Shown here: positions 1 to 12,960 of the stretch, one piece after another
Numbering within the stretch: the first letter of the stretch is position 1
How the letters are laid out: each line of letters begins with the position of its first letter
DNA from: Raillietiella orientalis
Taxonomy: Eukaryota
Reading direction: 5' to 3'
NCBI GenBank assembly: GCA_036172245.1
Contig: JAYWIR010000032.1
Coordinates: 496,001 to 560,000, forward strand
Length of the DNA: 64,000 nucleotides
The notes under the pieces: model-generated
The model's database searches: none
What the model saw: the letters and a program-made list of their open reading frames with translations, nothing else
Told to the model about the DNA's origin: nothing
Translations under genes and position numbers: made by a program

Positions 1-18
1 ACTCACTGATTGTTGTAG

Positions 19-437
19 GAGCCATGGAAAACTGGGGTTTGGTGACATATCGAGAGACATGTCTCCTTGTGGATCCTAAAAATACATCCGCATGCCAGAA
101 GCAATGGGTAGCACTGGTGGTTGGTCATGAAATAGCCCATCAGTGGTTTGGCAATCTAGTCACCATGGATTGGTGGACTGATTTATGGTTAAATGAAGGC
201 TATGCTACTTTCGTGGAGTTCCTATGTGTGGATTACTTGTTCCCAGAGTACCACATCTGGACCCAGTTTGTGGCCCAGGTGTATTGTCGAGCTCTGGAGC
301 TAGACAGCCTCCATAGCAGCCATCCTATTGAAGTGCCAGTAGGCCATCCCTCTGAAATTGATGAGATCTTTGATGATATCTCATATGATAAGGGTGCCAG
401 TATCATTCGCATGCTGCATCAGTACTTGGGTGTTGAG
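19..437 (+). CDS. NPEPPS: Aminopeptidase exon (catalytic GAMEN/HEXXH)
   Basis: Acceptor ttgttgtag ends at 18; donor GAG|gtaaaag at 438. Confidence 0.93.
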
Positions 438-1994
438 GTAAAAGCATTGATGTTCAACCCAATAAGATGATTTACATTAATTTTAGAATTTTCGCTTGGG
501 AATGCATACATATCTTAAGCGCCATCAGTATGGAAATACATGTACCGAGGATTTGTGGACTGCTTTGCAGGATATCAGCAAGAAACCTGTGGGGCCAGTG
601 ATGTCAACTTGGACTAGGCAAAAAGGCTTCCCATTAATCCACGTGGCTTGCAGTTCTGAGGGAACAAAGAGAAAATTGGTTCTCAGCCAGGAAAAGTTTT
701 GTGCTGATGGCACAAAAGACAAGGAGGGCACTCAGTGGATTGTGCCTATTAGTATCATGGCATCATGCTCTGGTGTTGTAGAATGCACCTCTCATCTCAT
801 GGAGCAGGCTACTCTGGAAATCACACTGGATGAAGTCGATGCAGACTCCTGGATTAAGCTTAACCCTCAGGCTGTGGGTTTTTTTCGAGTTCAGTATCCT
901 GGAGAAGAGCTGCAAAAGCTACTGGCTGCTGCCAAGGATCACAAATTGCATCCACTGGATCGTCTTAATCTGGCTGATGATCTCTTTTCTTTGGTGCCTG
1001 CTGGACATGCAAACACAACTGATGCTTTAGAGCTACTGCTTGCTTATGCTAATGAAGACAGCTACCCTGTGTGGTGTTGTTTATGTGCTATGCTGGAGAG
1101 ACTCTCCTTACTTTTTGATTATTCACCTTTTCGAAAAGCCTTCCACCAGCTGGGCTGCCGTGTGCTGCTGAACATAGCCAACCGTTTGACGTGGGATACC
1201 CATCCTGATGATAGTATGTGGATTTAGCTATAGATTGTAATTCTTGTTGCAGCCCATCAGGACAAGCTGCTGCGCAGTCTTGTATTACGGCGATTGGGAC
1301 AATTTGGGCACAAACCAACAGTAGAAGAAGCTCAGAGGCGCTTTGTTAAGCACTGCAGCAAGGAACAGATATTGCCAGCTGATCTACGTGGACCTATCTA
1401 TAGCATTGTGGCTCATCATGGGGATGCACAAACTTTCAAGGACCTTGTGCAGGTGCGTTAGTTGTGTTGTAAGAACAGAGGGCATGTAGAACATACTAGC
1501 TATATCGAGAAAGCGACCTTCAAGAAGAGGAGGATCGCATAGGGAATGCCATGGGTGCTCTGCATCATCATGATCTTCAAAAGCAAGTGCTGGACTTTGC
1601 CATGTCTGAGGATGTCCGCTCACAGAATTCCGTGTTCATTGTGGCAGGTGTGTCTGTGACAAAGGAAGGGCGTGAGCTAGCATGGCGATTTTTCTGTGAT
1701 AACCGGAAAGAATTTGCTCATCGATACCCTGTAAGCATAATCTGTAATAGGGGGGAGTGATGATAGTGCCTGTTTTGCTAGTCTGGCTATTTGCTAATGC
1801 GGATGCTGAAGAATATCTGTGAAAATTTCGCCTCTCTTGAGAAAGCAGCAGAGATCGAACAGTATTTCCAAGAGAACCCCTTAAAGGGTACAGAGCGAGC
1901 TGTGAGCCAATCTGTGGAGAACATTCGTTTAAATTCAAAGTGGCTGGACAGAGATCGGATGCAGCTCGAAAAATTTTTTGCTTCCCAAAGTTAA
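19..1994 (+). CDS. NPEPPS: Puromycin-sensitive aminopeptidase (M1 family), 3' part; exons 19-437, 487-1213, 1253-1452, 1500-1730, 1782-1994; 5' exons lie upstream of the window
   Basis: [G]AMENWGLVTYRE (GAMEN motif), HEIAH...E zinc motif (126-140), FDDISYDKGASIIRML, WTRQKGFP, ERAP1_C-like C-terminus (DLRGPIY, SEDVRSQN, ERAVSQSVENIRLN). GT-AG introns 438-486, 1214-1252, 1453-1499, 1731-1781 restore one continuous frame; TAA at 1992-1994. Confidence 0.95.
487..1213 (+). CDS. NPEPPS: Aminopeptidase exon
   Basis: Acceptor ttttag ends at 486, reads NFRLGMHTYL...; donor A|gtatgt at 1214. Confidence 0.9.
1253..1452 (+). CDS. NPEPPS: Aminopeptidase exon
   Basis: Acceptor ttgcag ends at 1252, reads THQDKLLRSLVLRRLGQFGHKPTVEEAQRRF; donor CAG|gtgcgt at 1453. 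Confidence 0.9.
1500..1730 (+). CDS. NPEPPS: Aminopeptidase exon
   Basis: Acceptor tactag ends at 1499, reads LYRESDLQEEEDRIGNAMGA; donor gtaagc at 1731. Confidence 0.88.
1782..1994 (+). CDS. NPEPPS: Aminopeptidase terminal exon
   Basis: Acceptor tttgctag ends at 1781, reads SGYLLMRMLK...FFASQS*. Confidence 0.9.
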   Translation, partial: SGYLLMRMLKNICENFASLEKAAEIEQYFQENPLKGTERAVSQSVENIRLNSKWLDRDRMQLEKFFASQS

Positions 1995-2068
1995 TTCCTG
2001 ATATCTCACTGCTGATACATGTTTACCATTTCTGACATTTCTCATTATGTGCTGATATCTGTGAGTGT

Positions 2069-2074
2069 AATAAA
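2069..2074 (+). promoter_or_regulatory. Candidate polyadenylation signal AATAAA of the aminopeptidase gene
   Basis: AATAAA 75 nt after the stop codon; a second AATAAA lies near 2135. Confidence 0.55.
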
Positions 2075-5000
2075 AAATTGCAAAAGCACACTTTCATGAT
2101 AGACATGGAAATGTAGTCTTAGCCCAAAGTTTTCAATAAAACATTCCACATTAAATGGAGGGAAAAATCTATCACGTGCTCGGTTATGGTGATCAGCAAA
2201 ACGTAAGCTCATCAAATACACGAATCATTTCAGACTTTTCTTTAATGAGTACATTCTGATGCAGCTGAAAGGGCTAATAAATAAATATTGGCAGGGAAAG
2301 AACAAGCTGATAGTGCATTCAATTTACAACAGAACAGCTTTCGAAAAAAAGAAAGAAAACTTTGGTTTTTTGATTAAAGATGCTTTACAAAGTCCCAGGG
2401 CAATTGACCTCGTGATCAATTATAAAAAAAAAAAAACCCGATTCCTGAGCTCCAGACACTCATGATATTCTAAACCTTTTTTTTTTTTTTTTTAAACGAG
2501 CCAAGCATTATTTTACACAAAAATATCGTTTCCTTATTGAAAAGAAAATCCTACACACCTCCAATTATACCCGAAAATATGCATTTTGGAGCAAGATTTT
2601 CCAGGTTTAGCCCCCAAACAAAACAATTAATTATACATGCACGCTAAAGACACCATCAACGCAATAAACCATGGAAAAGAAGAAAAAAATCTTTATCAAC
2701 GATTTCTTTCACTCACAGCCTTATGCGACAACTTTGCAAGATAAGGCTGCTGGTTTAGCTTGCGGTCATCTGCAGCTTTAGAAAATTACGAAATTTTTTA
2801 CGCCAATGCCTATCTAAATGGGGAGCCGAATTTTCCAGAGGGCACGCTGACAGGGAATCCCGTTTTACGGTCTCTTCACCCCGCATCCTTGGATTCACGG
2901 AGTTTCCGGGAACAGCTCAGACGTCCCGCTGCTTGCAGAGCGCCAGCCTCCCCTCTGCCAGGAGCTCGCAGCGTCTCCGAGGGTGCTTCCCTGTGGGAAT
3001 ACTTCGTACCTTTCGTGCTTCAGGAGCTCATCCAAGTACCTTTTAAGTGTATGTGCTTGAGTGGGAAAAAAAATGAAATACGGAACGGCGTGAGAAAAAC
3101 TGTGAAAAATACGCTCGGGAAGAAGACTGAAAGCACTGAGGCAAGCTCTTCGGGAAGTGAAGTTACCTCAGAAAAAGAATGAACCCTCCATACTTCCCAA
3201 ATTAAAGACCATCAGTCAATAAAGAGTTCCTTCCTCCGTTTTTCAGCTCTCCATGTTAGTGTGACTCCTTGAGAGTTGAATGTCGCGAGCAGAAATACGA
3301 AAGTGGGGGCTAAAAGACCTAGTTCTCTCAAGTACCTTCTTTTTGAATCTCCATGAACAGGTTTTCTTTCTAGTGTCGTCTCGGTCGACTACTCAGCTGG
3401 GAAGCACCAGTGAGTCCACCATCTATCAAAGTTCTACTATATTTGATAGCGAGTGAATTCTCATTAGTGCCAATCCGTTTCCTTCTTCATTTTCCGTATC
3501 GAAAATGTGACTTGAATACGAAATGTCTTTTCTCTTTTCCTCTTCAGAGTCCGTCCGATCCGTCCTCTCCGCCCCCGGCTGCTAAGCCTCTTGACGTGTT
3601 TCCAATGCTCTGTTTTTTAACAGCAAATCTCACTCACATCAGTCATTATCGAAGTTGGCAGCAGCTCACCTTCGATGGCATTCTCATGTGCAGTGTTGAT
3701 TTCATGTCAAACTAAAAATTCGTTGCACAGTCCCAGTAAGTTTGCCTTCAGAAGCCCTTTATTACAACAAGTATTAACACAGTTGCAAAAGCCAGGGCAA
3801 TTGGACGAAGCATCTTGTGGACTCAACTACAATCTTGTCTGCCTATATATACTTGACCTGCCTTTTTGCTTTGGAGCGATGCCTTCCGGAGATGTGTGCA
3901 CCCACCGCAGACAACACCGAAGCAGCCAGAGAGACACCGATCGCCACAGGAGGTGTGCTGTAAGGTACATCCAAGTCACACACCATGCCTTGATCTCCGA
4001 TGCTCTTCAGGAAATCAACCTTACGGGCCGGAAGTGTCAAATGCAGCGCGGCGAAAATCTGGCAGAGCAATCTCTCTCTCTCTCGCACAGTTGGTTTTTC
4101 ATCATCTATTGGGTGGTCGTCACCTTACTGCTTTACGTGAATTTCATGGCAAATCTCGCGCGTCTTGAGATCTTTCGTTTCTTAGGATACGTCCGTGCCT
4201 CGCGAAGTCCCGGGCCCAGGAGTGGAAAAAGTGGATGTTTTCTGCAGAGGTCACGAAGGTGCAAAGTTTCCCTCCCTCCACGGAATGAAGGAAAAGCAGC
4301 TCGGTGCAACGCACGCACAAGAGCCCTTCTAAAGGGAGAGCTGATTAAGTTTTCAGGGGATGAAATACGAATGAATGGGGTTTGTGGTAAGAACAGTATA
4401 GGCACGGAAGGGACAGTGAAACATGTGAAGCTGAGTTTCCACTGCAAAGTTCCTCGATATCACTTGATCTTAATTTTTTATCTCTTGCAGCCTCGAATAC
4501 AGTAGGTGAGGGGCAAAAAAAAAAAGGGGAGAAAGAGAGAGATCCAGAAAATCTGCTGATTCGGAAATGCGATATCGTGGACTGACTTTCATTCTGCGGG
4601 CAGAATTAAGTGTGTCTTCTTGCAGATACGATTCTGCTGCTCGGAGGCTGGAGTTGTTTGCAACAGCCGATCGAAATCTTCAAGAACTAAAATTCATGCT
4701 GCTCCCTTGAGGAACTTTTATTTTTCGGTGGTTCGTACGAGCCACATATCAATGTCCCAACATTCACAGTGACTTGTGGGGGGTGTCACTGGCTCCACTT
4801 GCATGTGCTTGAAGAATATCCAGGACCGTCCATTATGCACCCGTGTGGACAAAAAAAAACCTACCATCCTATTTTAAACCCGTTGATTAATAGCCTCAGA
4901 ACAAATCTAACAAGTTCAAGACAGCAATCATTGCAAATGCAAGCACTCTACGTTCAGGTGGTGCAATCGCTTTCTTGTTTGTCCTTTCGGCTGGGAAAAA

Positions 5001-7289
5001 AAAAATCCAAGAAAATATAGTCCGGCTCCAGGGTAAGGCATGGAATTCTAGGAATCCTGGCAGGGACGCAAAAAGAATAGGCGTAGCAATGGTTTTAAAG
5101 GTTGAAAAATAGTAACATCATACAAAGAATGATAATAGCGCACACGATAACGAGGAAGGATTCGTGCAACCTCGTGTGTTTTCAACTGTATAGGTTTCAG
5201 CTTGATTCCCATGGAAAAGTTACGGAAAAAGCGGAAATGCAGGCGAAATAACACCGCAGATCCAAGCGGCAGCGATGCTTAAGCCAACAGGCGTATCTTC
5301 ATTCTTCTCCTGCTATAAATCCGAGAGGGATGGGAGGCCACACAATTTTTTTGTGTTCATGCTTCTTTCCCAAACCATGTCTAAGCGATAATCAGTTACA
5401 GGCGCTGCGGAGCCTCTGATGAGCAGAGCGTCCGCTTGCTGTGCTGTGCTGAGGGTGTGGCGGTTGAAACCCAATTCCTCGCCGTGCCGGTCGCCACTTT
5501 CGACCGGTGGGGATCGTCGATGGAACCGAGCCCGACCACTTTACCTCTAGGCTCTTTCTGTCATTCCCGCATCACACGCAGAGGTCGGGGATGCTGTCCC
5601 GGGGGGGCATCCGGTCCTCCGATTGATTTTTTTTTTTTTTTTTTTCCGATCCGGGAAGATCATTCTCTGCAGGGGCGAGCGTCCGCCCGCAGCATCCGGC
5701 ACGCGAAACTTCTTGAACGTCTTTGGCGTCGCTCGCAGCATCGGAACGTCCGATTCGAAGGGTTTCGAGACCGTGCACACCGGGTGGGAGGGTCCGATCT
5801 TCGGTGGCACCGCAGCCACGAGTTTTGAGCCTGACTCTTTCCTGAGCACGTTCGCTGACCGTTAAGCATGTAGCAGGCACATCGGTCACTAAACCTTTGT
5901 GCACAGTACTGCCCCAGCACGATGGTATCAGTGCTTCCGATCATTCTTTCACTGTGCATTTGTGCTGTAATCTCAAGACGCCCTCATGAGCCACTGCCAT
6001 TTCAATTCCAGAAGGAGGCATGTCGCACCGACAGGGTGACTGCTTTTCTTTCTGAATGCGACCATCCCTGCAGCTTCACTGCGGCCTGCTTGATAAATAA
6101 ATAGTTGGAAATGCCTTACTTAAATCGAGCTTGCGTCCGTAAGCGCCCCCAGAGGAGAATGCAATTATCATGTACGAATATCACGTGACCACTTGCCCGA
6201 CTTGTCCACCTTGCAGGTATCATGTGGCATAAATGGGCATGCGTATTCAACACTTACACGATCGGCCTGCTAATTGTGGTCATACGGTGGAAAACGCATG
6301 CAACGTAAAATGCGCTTGGATAAAAGTGAACAGTAAGAGCACGCTGCTCTACAGAATGTGTCTTCCCCGTTTCGATGCTGAGTTTCCTTCGCGACGGGCT
6401 CGTTCGGAGTCCCATTCTGAATAATTACAAAGCATCGTTGAAAAACCACATGGATTTCACAATTCGGTAATGAGGCCTTCAGAGTGCCAGTTAGGATGCG
6501 TTAGTTATCATTAAGGACAAAGGATTCGCTAATCACGTGGTTATTCCAGGTGGCTTAAGAGGGTAATCATCATGCTGATGACTCAGCATGATGATTTTTC
6601 TGCTGTCGGGAACGTTTGAGGGTAAATGTCCCCAGTCGAAAAGGAAGCCATCAAAAGCTGAATTGTTCATCTATGAAACTGATTCTGTAGTAAGGGATGC
6701 GGATCATCGCCTATAAGGAATGGAGAACAGGCCAGCAGGGAAAGGAAAAGAAAGGGCATCGGTGACGTTTAATGGGATCCAGTTCGACCTGCTTCAACAG
6801 GGGAACAGAGGGAGATAGGGGGAGAGGGTTCAACCCCGCTGCGGACGTATAGGAACAGAGGGGCATGCAATAGGCTGGAGAAGGAATGGCTGAGGCAGCA
6901 GAGCAGCTGATATGAGAATCCTATCCTAAGAGAACGAAATTCCAGCCCAAACTGCATATTCCTTGTTCTGCCGAATTCCCGAAACACCTGCCGGGAAGTT
7001 CAACCACTAGTAGAAGCTGGAAGTTTGCGAAAGAGTTGAACTGGGAAAAGAGATTTATGTTCGTCACTATACGCTAAATCTGGAAAATGAGAACAATGAA
7101 ATGGAAAATAGGAACAAAAGTAGCAATATTGAAAGCAATGAGAAGGAAAATGATAATAATGACAATCTGGAAAATGATGGAATGCTTAAAGCACATCTAA
7201 ATAGAAAAAAATCTGGATAATACTGATTTGTTGAAACAAAAAAACACACACGCAGAGAAAAACCTCCTAATGGTTCTCAACAGTGGCGA

Positions 7290-7760
7290 AATCTTTCTGC
7301 TGTCGGTGAGGACAGCTGTCTTGCCTGTTTTACCAAAGACCAAATTTGTGGATACGTTTCGCCACGGTTCACTCTGATGCCAAAGTATCAAAGAGCCAAA
7401 GCATCCACTTGCTAAGAGAAGTTTGGTGAAAGCAGATAGAACTTCAAATCCGCGATTCATCAGGAATAAACCAATGCATGTGAAGAGCTCGCGACAACCC
7501 GGGGAAAGCAGCAGCGAGTGGTGAGCACCCTTTGATGCAAGGGGCAGTCAGTTGTCAGGAACAACGCTTCCATCCTCACGAAAAAGAACTGTTTGTTTGA
7601 TTTCCGATTGGGAGAAAAACCGAGTTGGCAGTGGAGGAGGCAAGCTCTGACCACGATTCGGGACAGGCTGCGGATGCTTCATCAGGAATCTGCGCCCACG
7701 TAGAAGTTGCAGTTAAGAGCTTCCTGGATCACAAAACGAGCGGTTTGCCGACAAGGAACG
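7290..7760 (-). mobile_element. Possible heavily decayed non-LTR reverse-transcriptase fragment
   Basis: LLHCQLGFSPNRKSNKQFFFVR resembles the RT domain 2 motif (QxGF..R), followed by ISPLL; broken by stops. Confidence 0.3.
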
Positions 7761-8702
7761 GATGACAAAAGCTTTCGATCGAAGTTCTTGGCGAATGCAC
7801 TCACAAGAGGAGCAGAGATGGAATTTCCCTTGTCGGTAGGAAAGCCACAAGGAACCAAACGCACTAACTTTACACTGGAACACTGCATTCGGCCCCCTAC
7901 GGAGTTCTAAGGTGGATGGTCATTCCTTACAAATCTAAGATGCAGCCTACTACGAATAAGGTCAGGAAGTTGATCTAACAGAAATCGCCCAGCTGAACCA
8001 ACGGAATCCTTTTATTATCTGGGATTTACCTGCGTAGAATCCCGAGGTGGAAGGTACCAGAATGATGGAAGAACCTCCTTGCATTCGTAGCACCAAATTA
8101 GACACGCACTGTACGTATGCCACTGCGCGTTCTGTCTGCGGGTGCTTTCGACGGCGCACTTCAAGGCACCCCCTGGCAAAGAAGTTGATGGCGACACGGA
8201 GCCATTCTCGGCATATCCATAATGGAGGATGGGTTGACGTCTTATGCCAGCCGTCGAGAGCTTCGAACCCGAAGGGAATTTTCTCCCCGCATTTTCCGAG
8301 TGTTCGTTTTTCGCTTTCCACCGCGGCCGAGCTCGTGGGTTTCCTCTTGTCGTCGCGCATCTGCCGACACGGAAGGGTGGAGAAGGTTGGGCGCACGCAG
8401 TCGGATGTGAGAACACGGGAAGATGAATCCGCTCACGAGGATTCGGCGCGAACACCTCCTCATCGGTGCCTTCGTGGACTTCCTGCACCCGACGCGCAGA
8501 AGACACGCTTCGAACTCTGGCAACGATCTTTGCAGTCGCCTTCATCCAGGCTCTGCGCATTCCCAGAAAACCTCACCTTGAACAGCAAGCATGTCAGTGG
8601 ATTGTGCTGCCTCCCCTCCTTTCCCCTCCCCCCCGCCCGCGGTTCAAGGGAAGGTTTCGCTGCGGGTTCCCAGCTCCCGATGGACAACAACCCCAGTGAC
8701 GT

Positions 8703-9422
8703 TTTTTTGGTTCTCAAAGAGTGCTGAAGAGTCGTTCGGCTCCTTAGGTGGGTTCACGGAACTCTTGACCACTGTCCACGTCACCCGAGGGTGCGGATAA
8801 CTCTTCAGGTTAGGGGGAAACCCCGGAGGGACCAATCTACGAATCCAGGGAGAGTCTGAAGGAGGCAGGTCGCTACTCTTACGCTTGATAGGGAAACCTC
8901 AAGGGAGTCTCTTCCTTATTCTCTCCGGAGGGACCCTCCGTAGGGGACCGTGCCTCATTTCTTCTCCAAGGGGGTCTCGAAAAAGATCCGCTCCCGAATT
9001 TCTTCTCCGGAAAAATTTCTTCTCCACATTTGTCACTTCTTCTCTCACACACTCTGGAAGAATCGGGAGGTATCGGGATCTACCAGCTCCATAGTACGAG
9101 ATGAAGGAAGTGCCTCTCGAGGAGAACGGCTCCATTTTCACAACTGGAAGAGAAACTGCAAAGGGAAACGGCTCCTTCATTCCTTCATTCCTGGATCCCT
9201 GGAGGGTCAACTTAAAATTCCGGCCAGTCAACGTGGGCATCCGGTTCTCGCCTTCCACCAGTAGCGCACCCGAATAGGCCAATCAGCGTCATCTTGTGGG
9301 GGTGGCTCAAAACCCATGACGCATCCCCCATTTCTCAGCGCTTATCCTTCCTCGGGAGGGATTCGAACACGCAACGCTTGGTGTCACGAGTGGAGACGTC
9401 GTTGCACGTCCGTCAACGCGGG
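8703..9422 (-). mobile_element. tRNA-headed SINE-like element, near full length, empty LINE target site
   Basis: B-box-like sequence (+ strand gggattcgaac, ~9358-9368), body shared with the 25032-25869 copy, A-tail (T7 on + at 8702). Degenerate TSD cccagtgacgt (8692-8702) / cccggtggcgt (9423-9433). Confidence 0.8.
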
Positions 9423-9889
9423 CCCGGTGGCGTATCAAAGCTCCTCTTTGCGCGTAGGGCAACGCCACCTGCCACCGACTTCGTGGGATGGTCGCAGCAC
9501 GGCACGCAGCTGAAACAGACGAGAGAACAACAGGGACGCCGTCCCAATTGTGACCTGCTTACTAAGAAGGACAAAGAGAATGGCCCCGATGAGAGAATGC
9601 AAAAGGAGTTCCTTCATCCTTCAGAGGACTGAAGGAATACCCTAGTAAGTTCCCCCTACTGCCATTCTTTTTAAACCGTTGCAACGCCGTTCCCGGACAC
9701 GAAAACGCCAGTAGGCAGAAAGCGGCCTTTCGTCTTGGACGAGCGCCAGCTCTTCTAAAATGAGGATGGTGACAGTGGTTGGTGATGGCGATGATGTTCC
9801 TGGTTGCTGGTGCTTCCAGTGGACTTTCTCCAATCAAGCCCACACCATTTCTTGGCTTCCACCACCCATTTCTCGGCTTTCGTGGCCGT

Positions 9890-10090
9890 GACGGGAGGAG
9901 GAAAAAGAGGAAAGGGAGACGAGAAAGGGAGGAAGAAATGAAGAAGAGGAAGGTAGTAGGAGGAGGATTGTGATGACGAGAAGGAGGAAGAGGAGAAGGG
10001 GATAACAGAGACTGCAAGGGCCATGACTGCAGGGAACTCAACGATGGTGACAATGAGGAAGAGGATAAGAAAGGCAGAAGGAAACTTCGG
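9890..10090. repeat. GA-rich low-complexity tract
   Basis: Purine-rich gga/aga repeats. Confidence 0.6.
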
Positions 10091-10774
10091 AGAGGACCAG
10101 CCACAAATGGTTCGATTCTTCTTTTGACCAGCTCCCATCTTTTAGTAAGAGGACGATGAGATGGCCCCAGCTGGGGAGGAGCGAAGAGGAACTGTCCCTC
10201 ATTCTTCAGAAGACGCAAAGGACTTGAAGAATCCAACCGTGAGACTGGGCAAGGCATTATTTTCTCCCGAAGCACCAGACGAGCGGCTGCTTTTCTTTTT
10301 GTTTATTCCATTCCCCTTTCCGCCTTCTCAAAGCGGACCTCGCAGGTCGAGGTGGCCGTGGCAATGCATTGTCCTCTAGCGGCTAAGACTTACCAGGGAA
10401 TCTTGCATATTCACTGGTGACAACAAACGCTACTGCGAGTCCAGGTTCAAACCAGGAACCTATGCTGAACTAACGGGAATGGGCTTTTCTCTTGTTGGTG
10501 CCTCCGGCTTCCGGAGTCTCGATGGCCGGAAGCTCTTCGGAGGTTCCGAGAAAGATATCGTGCTGGAAACTGGTGACCAACCTTTCATGTGGACGCTGGG
10601 ATGCACGGGAAAGACTTCGGAAGAAGTTTTTCGGGGAAACACTCAGGAAGTTTGACGACCTGCGTGCGAAACACGTTCAGAAGACTAATCTGAAGACCAG
10701 GCAGACAGCTGATCAATGTATGTTAAAAATAGGGAGACGTGGAGGTTCGCGATACCAGAACTGGAAAGCTCTGA

Positions 10775-10925
10775 TTCCGGCTTCCACTAGTGCGGCACGC
10801 CAATAGTACAGGCCAGCCAGCATCAACCTACGGGAGGGGGCACCTCCCATTTCTTGGCTTCCATCCTTCCCCAGGCGGGATTCGAACCCGCAACTCTTGG
10901 TGCCCAGAGCGGAGACCGTCGTCAC
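10775..10925 (-). mobile_element. SINE 5' fragment (head plus empty target site)
   Basis: gggattcgaacccgcaactcttggtg head match; target tccactagtgcggcacgc at 10783-10800. Confidence 0.7.
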
Positions 10926-12199
10926 TGGAAGGATGCAACAGGAAAGTTTTCATTTCCTTAGAGCACGGTTTCTTTGAGGCTCAATTCGGAACAGAGCCAA
11001 ACAGAGTGAATGGCAGCTTGAATAATTCGGAATCTTGAAATTTATGGACCAATTCGTGTAGCTGTACTTTCCAAGAGCACGGCTTGGCTTAGATCCCTAA
11101 TTTTCCATTATGGCATCCCTTATCTGGAATGCTAGCTCCTCGAATGGCACTCATTTTGCGGAGAAAGCGTGCAGTCATACATTTGCAACCGTAATCAATG
11201 TTGCCACTCTCCTCGTCCCTTATTCCTTCCACTTTTCACGGAAAGTTCATTTGGACTGCCCGCGATGCCGGCAGCTGGGAATTTCTCGTTCCATGTGGGA
11301 TTTGGAATTGTTTTCTCCGTTTCAGAATATCTATAAGCTTCCAAGTGTTCGCTTTCGTGATGCCATCCCGGAGCTTGCAGATTCCCACGGCATTCTTGCA
11401 CCAGGTAGCCCGAGAACCTCAACAGAAGCGCTTTAGACTAAACAGAGACGATTCCAATCTATGTTTCTGATCTTAGCGGAGTAGGGAAGGCAGTTTTTGC
11501 GGTGCCACCTTTTGCCTCCCCCGCAAGATGTCCGCCTCCATGCAGCATTCGGGGCGAAACACGCGCCCTCGACGGCGTGGAGCGCTCTGATTGTTCTCAA
11601 ATATCCTCCATAAAACCCAACACTTGCCCTATGGAACCGCCGTTTGTTTGGTCTGATGGAAGAAAAAAAAAAAAAAAACTCTGGAGAGTAGATCTTTCCC
11701 GTCAAGATTTATCAGCGCACAGGGAAAAAACATGTTTAGGAACGAGCCCCTTTATATCAGGGGGACCAAAGCACCCATAAAGGTGTAAGCGCCCCATTCG
11801 TCTGTTTACGTGGAGCACTAATCAAAGTATTTATGTCTCCATGTATCAGTTTTAACATGTCGTCCATTTCAAACACGGTTCGCAGAAGCCCATGATCAAA
11901 ACTACCAGTTCCTCTCCCCATGATGGATAACTGATACTTAGTAAACTTAGTAATAAATTTCCTTGTATCATATCTTAACATCTTAATTGTCAACGTTGAA
12001 GGTGCGTGAGTCTTCAGGATCGTTCGTAGGACGAGGTCCTGGAGCGCGTCCCGCACCGCTCGTGAAAGCTCTGATGCGTTCTGTGATGGAGGAGCCTGGA
12101 ATTTTTTCCGCCTTCAACAGGGAGGGGCATCCATGCTGTTTAGATAATTTTGGAATGCAAGAAGGCATTCTTTTTTTGTTTTCTTTCTAGCTCGTCGTC

Positions 12200-12960
12200 G
12201 GCGATGAAACGTGCTCTTTTCGGCGGGAAGATAAACGTCCCTTACCGAATGGCGCTGACCCAGAAGAAGATGAGGAAGATGGATGGACTTGCTGAGTTTA
12301 CACCGCTTCCACGAAGAAGTGAGTCGGGAATGAATTCTGAGAGCATTCCCGAATCCAAATTTTATACAGAAGGCGCAAACAATGGCTGCCAATTCCTCGA
12401 AGACCTATTACAATCAAAAGATTCCCCCTTTATTAGTTGAATCCCATCCGTCTTTACAAACGAAATGATTGCGAGCTGGCTGGCGGCTCGAAGCTCTCGT
12501 TCCGCATCACGTCTCTGCCTCCAGCTTCAGAAATTCTGGACCTCCGGTTTCGTCTACTCGGTTCGCTGAACTACCAATCCGCAAGGATTCCCGGTTTGCG
12601 TTTCCTGAAATGCCGATTCTCCCTATGCTGACGGGGGAAATAAACAAATGTTCTGGAAGAGCTTATTCGCATTTTCAAGACTGGAATTTGCTACACGACC
12701 TCACTTCGTGCTTCATGCTCCATTTCTGGGACGGAGTTTCTCTCCCGATCGCGAACGGGATCGGACTTGATCTTCACCTTAACGTCTGTTCCGAAGGCTG
12801 CTCTATACGCTGATGAAGATGAAGTCTTGGTCCAAACCCACATCTGGGGTTCTGGAGTTTTCCTGCGCCAACGCCCTCTTGAGCACGGGCTGATCAGCGT
12901 TTCACTTTGCCGATGCGAAACGCCCCTATGCGTTCCATTCCGGTACGGTGTCCTCAAGAA
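12200..12960 (+). mobile_element. Possible decayed non-LTR RT remnant
   Basis: Motif-like strings in the expected order across frameshifts: LTQKK...LAEFTPL, LPIRKDSRFAFPEMPILPML, PKAALYADEDEVLV (YADD-like). Confidence 0.35.

Noticed and set aside
3675..4505. 276-aa ORF
   Set aside because: No recognisable domain, biased composition and no splice or homology support.
7075..7200. N/E-rich coding-like tract
   Set aside because: Low-complexity AAT/GAA repeats with no supported exon.
8721..8745. Hammerhead ribozyme at CTGAAGA/CTGATGA motifs (SINE end, 5416, 58885)
   Set aside because: No correctly placed GAAA or closing stems found.
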